Counted from the stretch's first letter, positions 18,935 through 29,953 are shown. The stretch is 64,000 nucleotides of DNA from Candidatus Fermentithermobacillaceae bacterium (GCA_012512325.1 JAAZEL010000069.1:1303-65302), one strand, 5' to 3'. Made by a program: numbers and translations. Notes: generated from the sequence alone by a model not told the origin.

Positions 18935-20347
18935 ATGGCGCTGGGACGCAAAATTTCAGTGGTTATACTGGCAGCCGGCGAAGGCACCCGGATGAAATCC
19001 GATACCCCGAAGGTGCTGTTTCCCCTTTGCGGGCGCCCAATGGTGGACTACGTGCTCGATGCCGCCTCCTGTGTCAATCCCGAGAAAATCGTGATTGTAA
19101 TCGGGCGCCGGGGGGAAGTGGTGGCTGAACGGGTAACCGAAGGTTGGGCTAGAGACCGGGATAGGGCCGATCTTGTGAGGTTCGCATGGCAGCCTGAAAG
19201 ACGGGGCACGGGCCACGCCGTGTCGTGCGCCATGGAACAGATACCTGTGTGCGACGATGTGATGATCCTTTGCGGCGATACCCCGCTCATAACCGGAGAC
19301 ATGCTTGTTCGCTTGTTTGAATCCCACCTTTCAGCCAAAGCTCATGTGTCCCTTGTCACCGCCGTGGTGGATGACCCGGGTGACTACGGGAGGATGCGCA
19401 GGGATGCAACCGGTGCTGTCTTGGGTATCGTGGAAGCAAAAGACCTCCTGCCGGGCGACGGCCATATAAGGGAGATTAATGCGGGGATCTACATTGTTAA
19501 CAAGGGTATTTTGGCGGAGCTGGTTTCCACGTTGGACGACCGCAACGCCAAGGGCGAGTTCTACCTTACGGATATTGTAGAAAAAGCCGCCCAGGCCGGA
19601 TATGCCGTGAACGCCTTTGTATGTGAAGATGCGTCTCTGATACAGGGTGTAAACGACAGGTACGCCCTGGCGTTTGCCGAGTCAAGGCTGCGGGAAACCG
19701 TGATACGCAACTTGTGTCTGGGAGGGGTCGCTGTCAGGGATCCACGGAATACGTATATAGATCCCGGCGTAACCATCGGACGGGATACCATCATCGAGCC
19801 GGGGACCTTCCTCAGAGGCAAGACGGCCATTGGCAGGGAATGCATCATCGGTCCCGGTACCGAGATCATCGATTCCCAGGTGGGGGACAACACGGAGATA
19901 TGGAGGTCCGTGGTGGAGGCATCCACCGTGGGGAACCATGTGTCCATAGGCCCGTTTTCCCACATAAGGCCCGGTTCAGTAATAGAGGATTATGTGTCCG
20001 TAGGAAACTTCGCCGAAGTGAAGAACTCCAGGATCGGCCTGGGTTCGAAAATCCATCATCATTCATACATAGGCGATTGCACCATGGGCTCCAATGTGAA
20101 TATAGGAGCAGGGACCGTAACCGTGAATTACGACGGGCACAGGAAGCACAGGACGGTCATAGGGGATAATGCCTTTATCGGGTGTAACGCCAACTTAATT
20201 GCTCCGGTCAGGATTGGCAAAGCCAGCTATGTGGCTGCAGGTTCCACGGTGACCCAGGACGTGCCCGACGGGGCGCTGGGTATAGCAAGGGAGAGGCAGG
20301 TCAACAAAGAAGGATGGGTAGCCAAGCGCAGGCAAAAGCTGGATTAG
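18935..20347 (+). CDS. glmU: bifunctional UDP-GlcNAc pyrophosphorylase / GlcN-1-P acetyltransferase
   Basis: ISVVILAAGEGTRMKSDTPKVL N-terminal motif and C-terminal left-handed beta-helix hexapeptide repeats. Confidence 0.9.
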   Translation: MALGRKISVVILAAGEGTRMKSDTPKVLFPLCGRPMVDYVLDAASCVNPEKIVIVIGRRGEVVAERVTEGWARDRDRADLVRFAWQPERRGTGHAVSCAMEQIPVCDDVMILCGDTPLITGDMLVRLFESHLSAKAHVSLVTAVVDDPGDYGRMRRDATGAVLGIVEAKDLLPGDGHIREINAGIYIVNKGILAELVSTLDDRNAKGEFYLTDIVEKAAQAGYAVNAFVCEDASLIQGVNDRYALAFAESRLRETVIRNLCLGGVAVRDPRNTYIDPGVTIGRDTIIEPGTFLRGKTAIGRECIIGPGTEIIDSQVGDNTEIWRSVVEASTVGNHVSIGPFSHIRPGSVIEDYVSVGNFAEVKNSRIGLGSKIHHHSYIGDCTMGSNVNIGAGTVTVNYDGHRKHRTVIGDNAFIGCNANLIAPVRIGKASYVAAGSTVTQDVPDGALGIARERQVNKEGWVAKRRQKLD

Positions 20348-20359
20348 GAGGTATTCTCA

Positions 20360-21307
20360 GTGTCGCCCTATGGTGATGACAAACTAAAGGTTTTCTCAGG
20401 CAATGCCAATCGGGATTTGGCGTTGGAAATATGTAGTTACATAGGTGTACAGCCCGGGGAGATAGAAGTCGGCAGGTTTTCCAACGGTGAAATCAAGGTG
20501 ATCATTAACGAAAACGTGAGAGGTTCGGACGTTTTTGTGGTGCAACCTACCTCCGACCCGGTCAATGACAACCTCATGGAGCTTCTTATCATCATAGACG
20601 CTTTGAGGAGGGCTTCGGCGAGCAGGATAACAGCGGTTGTCCCGTTCTACGGTTATGCTCGTCAAGACCGGAAAACCAGGGGCAGGGAGCCTATCACCGC
20701 CAAACTCGTTGCCAACCTGCTCGAATCAGCAGGGGCGGATAGGGTTCTGACCATGGATCTTCACGCCGGCCAGATCCAAGGCTTCTTTGACATTCCTGTG
20801 GATCATCTCACGGCGGTGCCCCTGTTGTCAGACTACTTCAAAGAGCAAGACCTGAAAGACGTGGTAGTTGTGTCTCCGGATGCAGGAGGGATTGCCCGTG
20901 CGAGGGATATGGCAGCGAGACTGGATGCCCCTGTGGCGTTCATAGACAAGAGGCGCCCTGAGCCCAATGTAGCTGAAGTGATGCATATAGTAGGACAAGT
21001 TTCAGGCAGGAACGTTATCTTGTTGGACGACATGATCGATACAGGCGGGAGCATCGTCGAAGCTGCAAAAGCTTTGCGCCAGGAAGGTGCGTCTTGCGTA
21101 ATGGCATGTGCAACCCATCCGGTGTTTTCCGGGAATGCGCCTGCGAATATTCCCGAAGCCGAACTGGACCAACTTGTGGTGACCAATACCATCCCTATTG
21201 CAGAACCTATGAAATCTATGGTAGAAGTAATTTCTGTGGCGCCTCTTTTCGGTGATGCCATGGTCAGAATTCACGAGGGCCGGTCTGTTTCGGCGATGTT
21301 TAGGTGA
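20360..21307 (+). CDS. prs: ribose-phosphate pyrophosphokinase
   Basis: [25 protein letters not shown]-binding [11 protein letters not shown] and VVVSPDAGG. Confidence 0.9.
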   Translation: MSPYGDDKLKVFSGNANRDLALEICSYIGVQPGEIEVGRFSNGEIKVIINENVRGSDVFVVQPTSDPVNDNLMELLIIIDALRRASASRITAVVPFYGYARQDRKTRGREPITAKLVANLLESAGADRVLTMDLHAGQIQGFFDIPVDHLTAVPLLSDYFKEQDLKDVVVVSPDAGGIARARDMAARLDAPVAFIDKRRPEPNVAEVMHIVGQVSGRNVILLDDMIDTGGSIVEAAKALRQEGASCVMACATHPVFSGNAPANIPEAELDQLVVTNTIPIAEPMKSMVEVISVAPLFGDAMVRIHEGRSVSAMFR

Positions 21308-21342
21308 GATTCTAACTGATTGTTGCCAGAGGATGAAAGGAC

Positions 21343-21972
21343 GTGACAGTATTGGCACAAGATGTTATCACTGCGAAGACCAGAGACACAGGTACGAGCG
21401 CGGCTAAGGCTTGCAGGCGGCAGGGCTTGGTTCCCGGCATCGTGTACGGGAAGGGCATTGAACCGGTGCCTGTAGCTCTCAGCTCTTCGGAAGTAAGGAG
21501 ACTCTTGTCCAAAGGGATGAGCCACATCCACAGGCTCAAAATTGAGGATGCAGGCTTTGACGACAGGGTAATGGTTCAATCTGTCGATCGAAACCCTCTT
21601 ACAGGGGAGATTATCCATATCGACTTGCACAGGATTTCCATGGAAGAAAAGGTCAGACTTGAGGTTCCCATTGCCCTTACCGGGGAAGAAGAAATCGCTT
21701 CCCGAGGCCTGATCCTGCAAAGGCAAGCCAGGGAAGTGACGGTAGAATGTCTGCCTGCGGACATCCCCAGCCACATTACAGCCGATGTGTCGGGTATGCA
21801 GGCCGGTGATACGCTGTTAGTCGGGGATCTGGCCGTACCTGAGGAGATTAGGCTGCTTACCTCACCCGAAGAGGTGGTGGCTGCGGTTGTGGCTCCGAGG
21901 CTCGCAGCCGAAGAAGCTGCAGAGGCTGAAGAGACTGCCGATGAAGGCGAACCTGAAGCAGAAGCTGAGTAA
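21343..21972 (+). CDS. ctc: 50S ribosomal protein L25 / general stress protein Ctc
   Basis: N-terminal L25 domain (TRDTGTSAAKACRRQGLVPGIVYG) plus an acidic C-terminal tail. Confidence 0.85.
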   Translation: MTVLAQDVITAKTRDTGTSAAKACRRQGLVPGIVYGKGIEPVPVALSSSEVRRLLSKGMSHIHRLKIEDAGFDDRVMVQSVDRNPLTGEIIHIDLHRISMEEKVRLEVPIALTGEEEIASRGLILQRQAREVTVECLPADIPSHITADVSGMQAGDTLLVGDLAVPEEIRLLTSPEEVVAAVVAPRLAAEEAAEAEETADEGEPEAEAE

Positions 21973-22017
21973 GTGCCTCACAATGGATAGGCCGGTGGGG
22001 CCGGGGTGGCCTGCACT

Positions 22018-22620
22018 ATGAAATGCTTGATAGGGTTGGGCAATCCGGGTAAACGGTATGCGTTAACCAGGCATAATATTGGATATATGGTCGTTGACTG
22101 TATCGGCCGTAAACTGGGGCTTGAGTTTACAGACAGAGGGTTCAGCAGTATTGCCTTAGGAAGCCTGCCTTGCGGTATTGAAGATGCTGAACCTTCCCGG
22201 ATTCTCCTGGCCAAGCCTGCTACGTATATGAACAGGAGCGGGGTTGCGGTAGTGGAGATCTTGGAGGATTTCCCAATCCTTATCCAGGACATCCTGGTCA
22301 TCCATGACGACATGGATCTCCCTTTCGGCAGGATCAGGTTCAAACGAAAAGGCGGCTCCGGCGGGCATAAAGGCGTTCAGTCCATTATAGATTTGACGGG
22401 GCAATGCGATTTCCCGCGCCTCAAGGTAGGTATAGGAAGACCGGAAACCGGGATGGGCCCCGCCGAGTATGTGCTCAGCCTTTTTGACGATGATGATTGG
22501 CTTTCTGAAGTAGTGGAAACTGCCGCATGCGCTGCGCTTACCTTCTTGACTTCAGGCCTTGGCCAGGCAATGAACCGGTACAACAGCGAATCGATTTTTG
22601 AGGAGACTGAGGGTAAGTAA
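22018..22620 (+). CDS. pth: peptidyl-tRNA hydrolase
   Basis: MKCLIGLGNPGKRYALTRHNIGYMVVD is a canonical Pth N-terminus. Confidence 0.9.
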   Translation: MKCLIGLGNPGKRYALTRHNIGYMVVDCIGRKLGLEFTDRGFSSIALGSLPCGIEDAEPSRILLAKPATYMNRSGVAVVEILEDFPILIQDILVIHDDMDLPFGRIRFKRKGGSGGHKGVQSIIDLTGQCDFPRLKVGIGRPETGMGPAEYVLSLFDDDDWLSEVVETAACAALTFLTSGLGQAMNRYNSESIFEETEGK

Positions 22621-25600
22621 TGCCTCATCCAGGGCTCTTGGATTTGTTTGCAAAAAGCGGCAGTGCCCGAAAGGCTATCGGCGCCATTTCCCAGGGGCGG
22701 ATGCCTGCTATGATTGCAGGCGCCCAGGGATATGCGCGCACTTTTTACTTGGGGACTGTTTACCGGCAGCTCTCCCGGCCCATTGTGGTGGTGTATTCCA
22801 GGCCTGAGGAAGCCGTCACATCCCGCAGGGACCTTGGGGATCTCATCGGCCACGACAAGGTGTTGTTGTTCCCTGCCAGGGAAGTCATGCCTTTTGAAGC
22901 AGCCCAGGGGAACCGCGAATCTCTATGGATTAGGGTATCGTGTTTGTACGAGCTTCTAAGAGATGAGAGGGATGGCCTTCCTCATATCGTGGTCATGCCT
23001 GCCACAGCGCTTCTGCGAAAACTTATGCCCTCTCAGAGTTTCAGGGACGCCTGCATCAGGTTAAGCGTGGGGGCGAGGTTGCTTCCGGAAGAACTGGTCA
23101 GGAAGCTTATAACCTATGGTTATGAGCGGGTCTCCTCGGTGGAGTCCAAGGGGGAAGTGGCTTTGCGCGGGGGGATCCTGGACGTGTTTCCCCCGATAGC
23201 CGAGCAACCGTACAGGATCGAGTTTTTCGACGACGAGGTAGATTCGATACGGGGTTTCGACCCTGAAACTCAGGTGTCTACCGTGATGCTTGACGAAGCT
23301 ATTTTGTGCCCGGCCGCAGATTACATTCCGGGCGGGGAAGACTTGGGTGAAGGCCACGGTAAAGACGATGGGGTTACGATCTTTGACTACTTCCCGGAAC
23401 TGCCTCTGATTGCGGTGGACAGCTATGGCAGGTGCATGGAATCTCTCAACGAGTTCGAACAGATCGGCACGGAGATCGCGTCGGCCAGGCTCTTGGCGGG
23501 CACCATGACATCCCAGGACAGCTCCATATATTTCCCGGTGTCTTCGGTAGAAACATATCTGTCCCACACGTCCCTGGTTTTTGAGCCTTTTGCCGGCGCT
23601 GCAAGGGGGCTTTCTCCGAAAGAGATCATAGAAACCGATACCACCCTTCAAGTGGGTTTTGCCGGGCGCTGGCAGGATATGGTCCAGGAGATAAGACAGT
23701 TGATATCGACCAAGCAAAAGATAGTCTTGCTGGCGGGCAATCGGGAACGCCTTGCTTTGCTTGAACGGTGGCTTGAGAGAGAAGATCTGTGGGTTTCAGT
23801 CCAGGAAAGCATTACACTGGAGCCTGTTCCCGGACTTGTGACCCTGTCCCTGGGAAGCGGGGAAAGCGGCTTCAACTGCGCTTCTGTCGACTTGTCGGTA
23901 TTCACCGAGACTGAGCTTTACGGCAGGACTAAGGTGCGTCGGGCAAAGCGCACCAGGCCCGGGCCGTCGCTCCATTGGCGTGAGCTTTCCCCCGGGGATT
24001 ACGTGGTCCACGCCAACCACGGGGTCGCACAGTTCATGGGCATCAGGAACATGACTGTCAACGGTGTCACCAGGGATTATCTCCACCTGCGATACGCCGC
24101 CGATGATGCCTTGTACGTTCCCATTGACCAGGTAGATATGGTCGAAAGATATATAGGCCCGGAGGGAGTCAAGCCCACCCTGCAGAGGCTGGGTTCAGGG
24201 GAATGGCAGCGGATAAAGGCCAGGGTAAAGAAATCCGTCGAAGATCTGGCGCGCAACCTGCTGTTGCTGGAGGCCAAGAGGAAATCGAGGCAGGGGTTTG
24301 CGTTCAGCCCCGATACGCCGTGGCAAAGACAGTTTGAAGAGGAGTTCGAATACGAAGACACTGAGGACCAGGCCACGGCCACCCAAGAAATCAAGCGGAA
24401 CATGGAAAACGGGTATCCCATGGACCGGTTGCTCTGTGGGGATGTGGGATACGGCAAGACCGAGGTTGCCATGAGGGCGGCTTTTAAGGCGGTTATGGAT
24501 TCGAAACAGGTCGCGGTGCTTGTCCCAACCACGGTCCTTGCCGAGCAGCACTACGCCACGTTTGCCAGGAGGTTCTCAAACTACCCCGTGTCGATTGAGG
24601 CGTTGAGCAGGTTCCGAGCCCCTTCAGAGCAGGCAAGAATCCTCAAGCAGGTGGCCCAGGGCGCGGTGGACATCCTTATCGGGACTCACAGGCTGCTCAG
24701 CAAGGATGTGAAATTCCACGACCTGGGCCTCCTGATAGTCGACGAAGAACACAGGTTCGGTGTTGCCCAGAAAGAGCGGTTGAAGCAACTGGCAGAAACG
24801 TGCGACGTGTTGACCCTTACCGCTACACCTATCCCCAGGACGCTCAACATGGCTCTCACAGGTATAAGGGACATCAGTCTCATGGAAACCCCACCCGAGG
24901 GGCGGTTTCCTGTGGAGACTTATGTGGTGCCCTATAACCCTGCTTTGGTTGCCCAAGCTATCCGCCGGGAGATGCGGCGGGGAGGCCAGGTGTTCTACGT
25001 CCATAACAGGGTCTATTCAATGGCCCGTGCAGTCCAGCGCGTCCAATCGTATGTGCCTGAGGCTAGGATTGCCGTGGCCCACGGAAGGATGAAAGAACAC
25101 CAACTTGCATCAACCATGCAAGGTTTCATGCAGGGCAGGTACGACGTGCTGATTTCAACCACCATAATCGAATCGGGTCTGGATCTGCCCAACGTGAACA
25201 CACTGATAGTAGAAGACGCGGATAAGCTGGGGCTTGCCCAGTTGTACCAGCTCAGGGGCAGGGTAGGAAGATCCAGCAGGATTGCCTATGCATACTTCAC
25301 CTTTAGGCCCGACAGAAGCCTCACACCGGAGGCAGAGCAAAGGCTGACCGCCTTGCGGGATTTTGCCGCCATGGGCTCGGGGTATAAGCTGGCCCTGAGG
25401 GACCTTGAGATACGCGGAGCGGGCAACTTGCTTGGTCCCGAACAGCACGGATTCATGGTCCTGGTAGGTTACGATATGTATGTGAAGCTACTTGAAAAAG
25501 CCGTGAACATACTGAAGGGCCAAAAGGAAGAGGAACCTGAAAGGATCCAGACTTCGATAGAGATACCGTGCGACGCCTATCTGCCTGAGGAGTATGTCCT

Positions 25601-26006
25601 TGATTCAAAGGAACGCTTTTCGTTGTACAAACGAATTGCAGGTGCCAAAGATATGGAAACCCTTTCGGACGCTGAAATGGAGCTGGAAGATCGCTACGGC
25701 GATTTGCCAAGACAGGCCAGGAATCTACTGAACGTCGCCCGTTTGAGGACCCTGTGTTCTTCCTTGGGCATTACCCAGGTTTCCCTGGCCGATGTGGACT
25801 TGGTTTTAAGGAAACAGAAACTTGCCTTCAGAATCGAAATCCCCCATGTGTTCCCCTTTGATAGGGTGCAGCCCTTGAGCAAGACGTTCCCCGGCTTATC
25901 CCTTGGCGGCAGGGGGTCAGCTTTGACGCTGGTGTTGTCCGGGAAATCGCCCGATGAAGTGCTGGGGCTTAGTCTCAAGCTTGCCAAAGAACTGGCATCA
26001 AGGTGA
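22620..26006 (+). CDS. mfd: transcription-repair coupling factor Mfd
   Basis: 1128 aa with UvrB-homology N-terminus, an RNAP-interaction domain, superfamily-2 helicase motifs (GDVGYGKTEVA, DEEHRFG) and a TRG motif. Confidence 0.9.
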   Translation: MPHPGLLDLFAKSGSARKAIGAISQGRMPAMIAGAQGYARTFYLGTVYRQLSRPIVVVYSRPEEAVTSRRDLGDLIGHDKVLLFPAREVMPFEAAQGNRESLWIRVSCLYELLRDERDGLPHIVVMPATALLRKLMPSQSFRDACIRLSVGARLLPEELVRKLITYGYERVSSVESKGEVALRGGILDVFPPIAEQPYRIEFFDDEVDSIRGFDPETQVSTVMLDEAILCPAADYIPGGEDLGEGHGKDDGVTIFDYFPELPLIAVDSYGRCMESLNEFEQIGTEIASARLLAGTMTSQDSSIYFPVSSVETYLSHTSLVFEPFAGAARGLSPKEIIETDTTLQVGFAGRWQDMVQEIRQLISTKQKIVLLAGNRERLALLERWLEREDLWVSVQESITLEPVPGLVTLSLGSGESGFNCASVDLSVFTETELYGRTKVRRAKRTRPGPSLHWRELSPGDYVVHANHGVAQFMGIRNMTVNGVTRDYLHLRYAADDALYVPIDQVDMVERYIGPEGVKPTLQRLGSGEWQRIKARVKKSVEDLARNLLLLEAKRKSRQGFAFSPDTPWQRQFEEEFEYEDTEDQATATQEIKRNMENGYPMDRLLCGDVGYGKTEVAMRAAFKAVMDSKQVAVLVPTTVLAEQHYATFARRFSNYPVSIEALSRFRAPSEQARILKQVAQGAVDILIGTHRLLSKDVKFHDLGLLIVDEEHRFGVAQKERLKQLAETCDVLTLTATPIPRTLNMALTGIRDISLMETPPEGRFPVETYVVPYNPALVAQAIRREMRRGGQVFYVHNRVYSMARAVQRVQSYVPEARIAVAHGRMKEHQLASTMQGFMQGRYDVLISTTIIESGLDLPNVNTLIVEDADKLGLAQLYQLRGRVGRSSRIAYAYFTFRPDRSLTPEAEQRLTALRDFAAMGSGYKLALRDLEIRGAGNLLGPEQHGFMVLVGYDMYVKLLEKAVNILKGQKEEEPERIQTSIEIPCDAYLPEEYVLDSKERFSLYKRIAGAKDMETLSDAEMELEDRYGDLPRQARNLLNVARLRTLCSSLGITQVSLADVDLVLRKQKLAFRIEIPHVFPFDRVQPLSKTFPGLSLGGRGSALTLVLSGKSPDEVLGLSLKLAKELASR

Positions 26007-26077
26007 ATAACGATTAGAAAACACCTATATACTAGCAAAAGACGAAAGTGAGATTGCTCAAGGGGGGTGGTATTGAA

Positions 26078-26638
26078 TTGAAAGCAACAGGAATTGTAAG
26101 AAGGATTGACGATCTGGGAAGAGTGGTCATACCAAAGGAAATAAGGCGCACCCTGAGAATACGTGAGGGAGACCCTCTGGAGATATTCGTGGACAGAGAC
26201 GGGGAAGTGATTTTGAAGAAGTACTCTCCCATTGGTGAGCTGGGGGATTTTGCACGTGAGTATGCTGATTCACTGGCAGAGGCCACGGGTAAGATAGCAA
26301 TGATTGCAGACAGGGATTCAATAATAGCCGTGTCAGGCGCTCCCAAGAGAGAGTTCCTCAACAAGCGGATTTCACAGGCCGTGGAGAGAATAATGGAAGA
26401 CAGGAAACCGGAGTTGATTACCAAGCCGGGTGAGGACAGGTATTGCAAAGAGTGTATCACTGAAGATGAGGCAGGTTGTACTTTCACATCTGAAGTTATA
26501 GCGCCGATTGTGGCTGAGGGAGATCCCATTGGGGCTGTTATCATATGTACAAGGGAGCCCGATGACCTTGTAGGTGAGGTTGAGCTCAAACTGGCCGAAA
26601 CCGCAGCGGGGTTTCTTGCCAAGCAAATGGAAGAGTGA
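26078..26638 (+). CDS. spoVT: stage V sporulation protein T (AbrB-N domain + GAF domain)
   Basis: (M)KATGIVRRIDDLGRVVIPKEIRRTLRIREGDPLEIFVDRDGEVILKKYSPIGELGDFAREYAD is near-identical to the B. subtilis SpoVT N-terminus. TTG start with AGGGGGGTGG RBS. Confidence 0.9.
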   Translation: MKATGIVRRIDDLGRVVIPKEIRRTLRIREGDPLEIFVDRDGEVILKKYSPIGELGDFAREYADSLAEATGKIAMIADRDSIIAVSGAPKREFLNKRISQAVERIMEDRKPELITKPGEDRYCKECITEDEAGCTFTSEVIAPIVAEGDPIGAVIICTREPDDLVGEVELKLAETAAGFLAKQMEE

Positions 26639-26702
26639 TGTAATCACTGAGCTTGCCGTCCTAATTTTGGTTGAGTTTGTTTCGGGTTTGACGACGGGTT
26701 AT

Positions 26703-26736
26703 GGTGGCACTTGGTGCCACCTTTCATTTATAATTT
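26703..26736 (+). terminator. Rho-independent terminator after spoVT (stem GGTGGCA/TGCCACC, loop CTTGG, then a T-rich tract)
   Basis: Read directly from the sequence: ggtggcacttggtgccacc tttcatttataattt. Confidence 0.5.
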
Positions 26737-26786
26737 GGGGGAATGTCAGGTAATGGCTTGCAAACAGAAAGGGGCGCCCACCGCAA

Positions 26787-28358
26787 ATGAACGGTAAAGA
26801 TTCCAGGTTTCTCAAGGGTGCGTTTACCCTTGCCCTTGCGGGCGTTATTGTAAAGGTTATCGGCGCCCTTTACAGGATCCCCCTTTATAAGATCCTGGGC
26901 AGCGAAGGCATGGGGCTTTACCAATACGCTTACCCCGTCTATGCCATAATGCTTACAGTGTCTTCAGCAGGCCTTAACGTGGCCATCTCCAAATCCGTGG
27001 CGGAAAGATGGGTGCTCGGCAAGCGCAAGGCTGCATCAAGAGTGTTCCGTATATCCCTCGTCCTTATGGCGGCCCTGGGATTTGCAGGTTTTGTGGCCAT
27101 GTTTTCCATGTCAGGATGGATTGCTGCGAATATGGCCAAGGACCTCCGGGCTACCATCTCAATAGCTGCTATCTCACCTGCGTTGTTCATGGCCGCAGTG
27201 TTGTCGGCATTGCGTGGGTGGTTCCAGGGTATAGAGGAAATGACGGTGCCTGCAGTGTCCCAGGTCTTGGAGCAAGTCGGCAGGCTTCTAACCATGTATA
27301 CGCTGGGAGCCATGCTCCTGCCTAAGGGCATTGAATATGCAGCGGCCGGAGCTACTTTCGGGGCCGTTGTGGGAGCGCTTATAGGAGTGGTGTACGCAGC
27401 GGCAGCGTATTTCAGGCGGACCGGCGGGTGGGCGTTGGATGAGGACGGGCCTGACGAACCATGGGGCAGGATCGCCAGGGAGGTTATACTGACTGCGATT
27501 CCAATATCGCTGGCGTCGGCGGTTTTCGGCATTGCGGAAATCATCGACCTGGGCCTTGTGCCCGGGCGGCTTCAATCCACCGGGCTTACCCCTGAAGAAG
27601 CTACCACGCTCTTCGGCCGGCTCACAGGGGGCGCGTTTCCCCTGCTAAATATCCCGACGATTTTTACAGGGGCACTCCAGATGGCGCTTGTGCCCTCCAT
27701 ATCAGGCGCGGCTGTTCTCCGGGACAGGGAGAGCATCGTACGGAGGGTTAGGAAAGCCCTGGGCATCACCGTGGCTTTAGCCCTTCCTGCTGCAATGGGC
27801 ATGTATGTGTTGGCTGATCCCATACCCGCCTTGCTTTTCGAGGATTGGGAAGTTGGCAGAGTGCTCCGGCCCCTTGCCCCGGGGGTGTTCTTCCTGGCGC
27901 TTCAGCAGGTTACCGCCGGGATCTTACATGGGCTTGGCAGGATGAGGATCCCCCTTGTTAACCTCGCGTGGGCGGCTCTGATTAAAGCCATACTTACCTA
28001 TGGGCTGGTGGGCAACCCGTCATTCGGCGTGGTAGGCGCGAGTATAGCCACATCGGTCCACTTCGGCGTGGCGGCACTGCTCAATCTCCTGGCTATCAGG
28101 CGGGAAATAGGCGATGTCTTGGACGGCCCGGTTATGCTGAAAATATCCCTGTCCACAGGGGTTATGTCTGTAATAGCAGGCTTTACCTACGGTAAGATGC
28201 AAGCATTAACCGGCTGGAAACAGGCAACCATAGCTGCCATTGCCGTAGGTGCCATCGTGTACGGGATCCTCGTATTGGCGACAGGCGCAATCACCATGGA
28301 AGATTTGCAGAGTATGCCGGGTATAGGCAGGCTGTTTAGGAATCGTAAGAAGGAGTAG
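26787..28358 (+). CDS. MOP-superfamily polysaccharide/peptidoglycan-precursor flippase (YabM/SpoVB-like)
   Basis: 523 aa with about 14 TM helices; YabM/SpoVB/MurJ-like; conserved position after spoVT. Confidence 0.8.
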   Translation: MNGKDSRFLKGAFTLALAGVIVKVIGALYRIPLYKILGSEGMGLYQYAYPVYAIMLTVSSAGLNVAISKSVAERWVLGKRKAASRVFRISLVLMAALGFAGFVAMFSMSGWIAANMAKDLRATISIAAISPALFMAAVLSALRGWFQGIEEMTVPAVSQVLEQVGRLLTMYTLGAMLLPKGIEYAAAGATFGAVVGALIGVVYAAAAYFRRTGGWALDEDGPDEPWGRIAREVILTAIPISLASAVFGIAEIIDLGLVPGRLQSTGLTPEEATTLFGRLTGGAFPLLNIPTIFTGALQMALVPSISGAAVLRDRESIVRRVRKALGITVALALPAAMGMYVLADPIPALLFEDWEVGRVLRPLAPGVFFLALQQVTAGILHGLGRMRIPLVNLAWAALIKAILTYGLVGNPSFGVVGASIATSVHFGVAALLNLLAIRREIGDVLDGPVMLKISLSTGVMSVIAGFTYGKMQALTGWKQATIAAIAVGAIVYGILVLATGAITMEDLQSMPGIGRLFRNRKKE

Positions 28359-28432
28359 AAAAATAGCAGGACCACGCGCCTGAAGGGGCAGTGTTTATGT
28401 GTGAAGCGGACGGTAGACGGCCAGGTGAAGGC

Positions 28433-29239
28433 ATGGGCGGTTGTCCCTGGGAGAGGTTTGAGTCTATCATCAAGCGACTCAGGGGTCCTGACGGTTGCCC
28501 TTGGGACAGGCAGCAGACTTTTCAATCCCTCATGCCCTTCGTTTTGGAAGAAGCATACGAAGTGGTCCAGGCTGCTTCGGAAAACGATGCGGATAAGCTC
28601 AGGGAAGAACTGGGCGATCTGATGCTCCAGATAGGGCTTTATTCAGCCATTGCCGAAGAGCGGCAGTTTTTCACGTTGGCCGATGTGATTGACGGGATAT
28701 CGGACAAACTGGAACGAAGGCATCCTCATGTGTTCGGAGACTGTAAGGCGGACACTCCTGCACAGGTTGAGAAGCTTTGGGAGGAGATCAAGCGCAACGA
28801 GAGGGGAGAAGCTCCTGAGCGTCAGTCCTTGATGGATAAGGTGGCCAAAGGGCTGCCGGCCCTGATGAGAGCACAACAGCAGCAGGAAATTGCAGCCAGG
28901 GTGGGCTTCGATTGGCCCGATATGCATGGCGTGATTGACAAACTCCACGAAGAAATCTCAGAGCTCGAAGAAGCCTGGGACAAGGATGACAAGCCTCTGA
29001 TTGAGTCCGAAATCGGTGACCTCCTTTTCGCGTGCGTGAACCTGGCTAGGTGGTTGGGGGTCGATGCCGAGGTGGCACTTACCCGTACAATTGACAAGTT
29101 TTCCAGAAGATTTAGGCTCATGGAAGCATATCTGAAACAACACGATCTAACGATAAGAGAAGTAGGGTTGGACACCTTGGATGAACTGTGGGAAAAGGCT
29201 AAGGATGGGGAGAATAAGGAGGGTGAGGAAGGAGCGTAG
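28433..29239 (+). CDS. mazG: nucleoside triphosphate pyrophosphohydrolase MazG (YabN MazG-domain only)
   Basis: Tandem MazG EEXXE/RHPHVFG motifs (RHPHVFGD, EISELEEAWD). It lacks the N-terminal tetrapyrrole-methylase domain of B. subtilis YabN. The ORF track starts at 28391. Confidence 0.85.
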   Translation: MGGCPWERFESIIKRLRGPDGCPWDRQQTFQSLMPFVLEEAYEVVQAASENDADKLREELGDLMLQIGLYSAIAEERQFFTLADVIDGISDKLERRHPHVFGDCKADTPAQVEKLWEEIKRNERGEAPERQSLMDKVAKGLPALMRAQQQQEIAARVGFDWPDMHGVIDKLHEEISELEEAWDKDDKPLIESEIGDLLFACVNLARWLGVDAEVALTRTIDKFSRRFRLMEAYLKQHDLTIREVGLDTLDELWEKAKDGENKEGEEGA

Positions 29240-29319
29240 CGCCGTTTTGAGCTGTCCAAGAGGGTGCCGGCCAACACGGTTGGCAGTACATATACCGTCA
29301 CTAAATGGAGGGATCTAGC

Positions 29320-29592
29320 GTGAACAAATCTGAGCTTATCGGAGCCGTAGCCCAGAAGGCAGGGTTAACCAAGAAGGACACTGAGAAAGTCATTAACAGC
29401 TTTATCGAAGTTGTACAGGAAGCTCTCGCAACAGGCGATACTGTGGGAATCTTGGGATTCGGCACTTTCCTTGCGAGAGAAAGACCTGCCCGGGAAGGGC
29501 GCAATCCCAGGACGGGCGAACCCATTCAGATTCCTGCAGCAAAGGTTCCTGTATTCAGGCCCGGCAGGGGACTAAGGGACGCTGTGAAGTAA
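29320..29592 (+). CDS. hup: DNA-binding protein HU
   Basis: (M)NKSELIGAVAQKAGLTKKDTEKVINSFIEVVQEALATGDTVGILGFGTF...RNPRTGEPIQIPAAKVPVFRPG. GTG start after a GGAGGG RBS. Confidence 0.9.
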   Translation: MNKSELIGAVAQKAGLTKKDTEKVINSFIEVVQEALATGDTVGILGFGTFLARERPAREGRNPRTGEPIQIPAAKVPVFRPGRGLRDAVK

Positions 29593-29671
29593 GGTAGCGG
29601 TAGGCAAGACACAGGACAGATACAAGAAACATCGCAGTTTTGAGGATACGGTTTCCGGAGGAGGGCTGGCA

Positions 29672-29938
29672 GTGCGTCTGGATAAGTATCTTAAGGTGGC
29701 ACGTTTGGTTAAGCGCAGGACTCTTGCGCAAGAGTTGTGCAACGGAGGCCACGTAACCAAGAACGGACGCCCTGCCAAGCCCTCAACCCGCGTTGAGGTC
29801 GGCGACGTGTTGGAAATCAGGTTTGGCCCCAAAACGGTCATCGTTGAAGTGCTTGCTTTGGCCGACAGTGCCGACAAGAAAACCGCCGGCTTTCTCTACC
29901 GGCGGCTCTCAGGAGAGGATTTGGCTGAAGAAAGCTAG
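29672..29938 (+). CDS. yabO: S4-domain RNA-binding protein YabO
   Basis: MRLDKYLKVARLVKRRTLAQELCNGGHVTKNGRPAKPS is an S4 domain. Confidence 0.85.
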   Translation: MRLDKYLKVARLVKRRTLAQELCNGGHVTKNGRPAKPSTRVEVGDVLEIRFGPKTVIVEVLALADSADKKTAGFLYRRLSGEDLAEES

Positions 29939-29953
29939 CGCGCCGTATAGCCT

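Noticed and set aside
23061-23717. 218-aa minus-strand ORF inside mfd
   Set aside because: It is antisense to the mfd helicase core, with no motifs.
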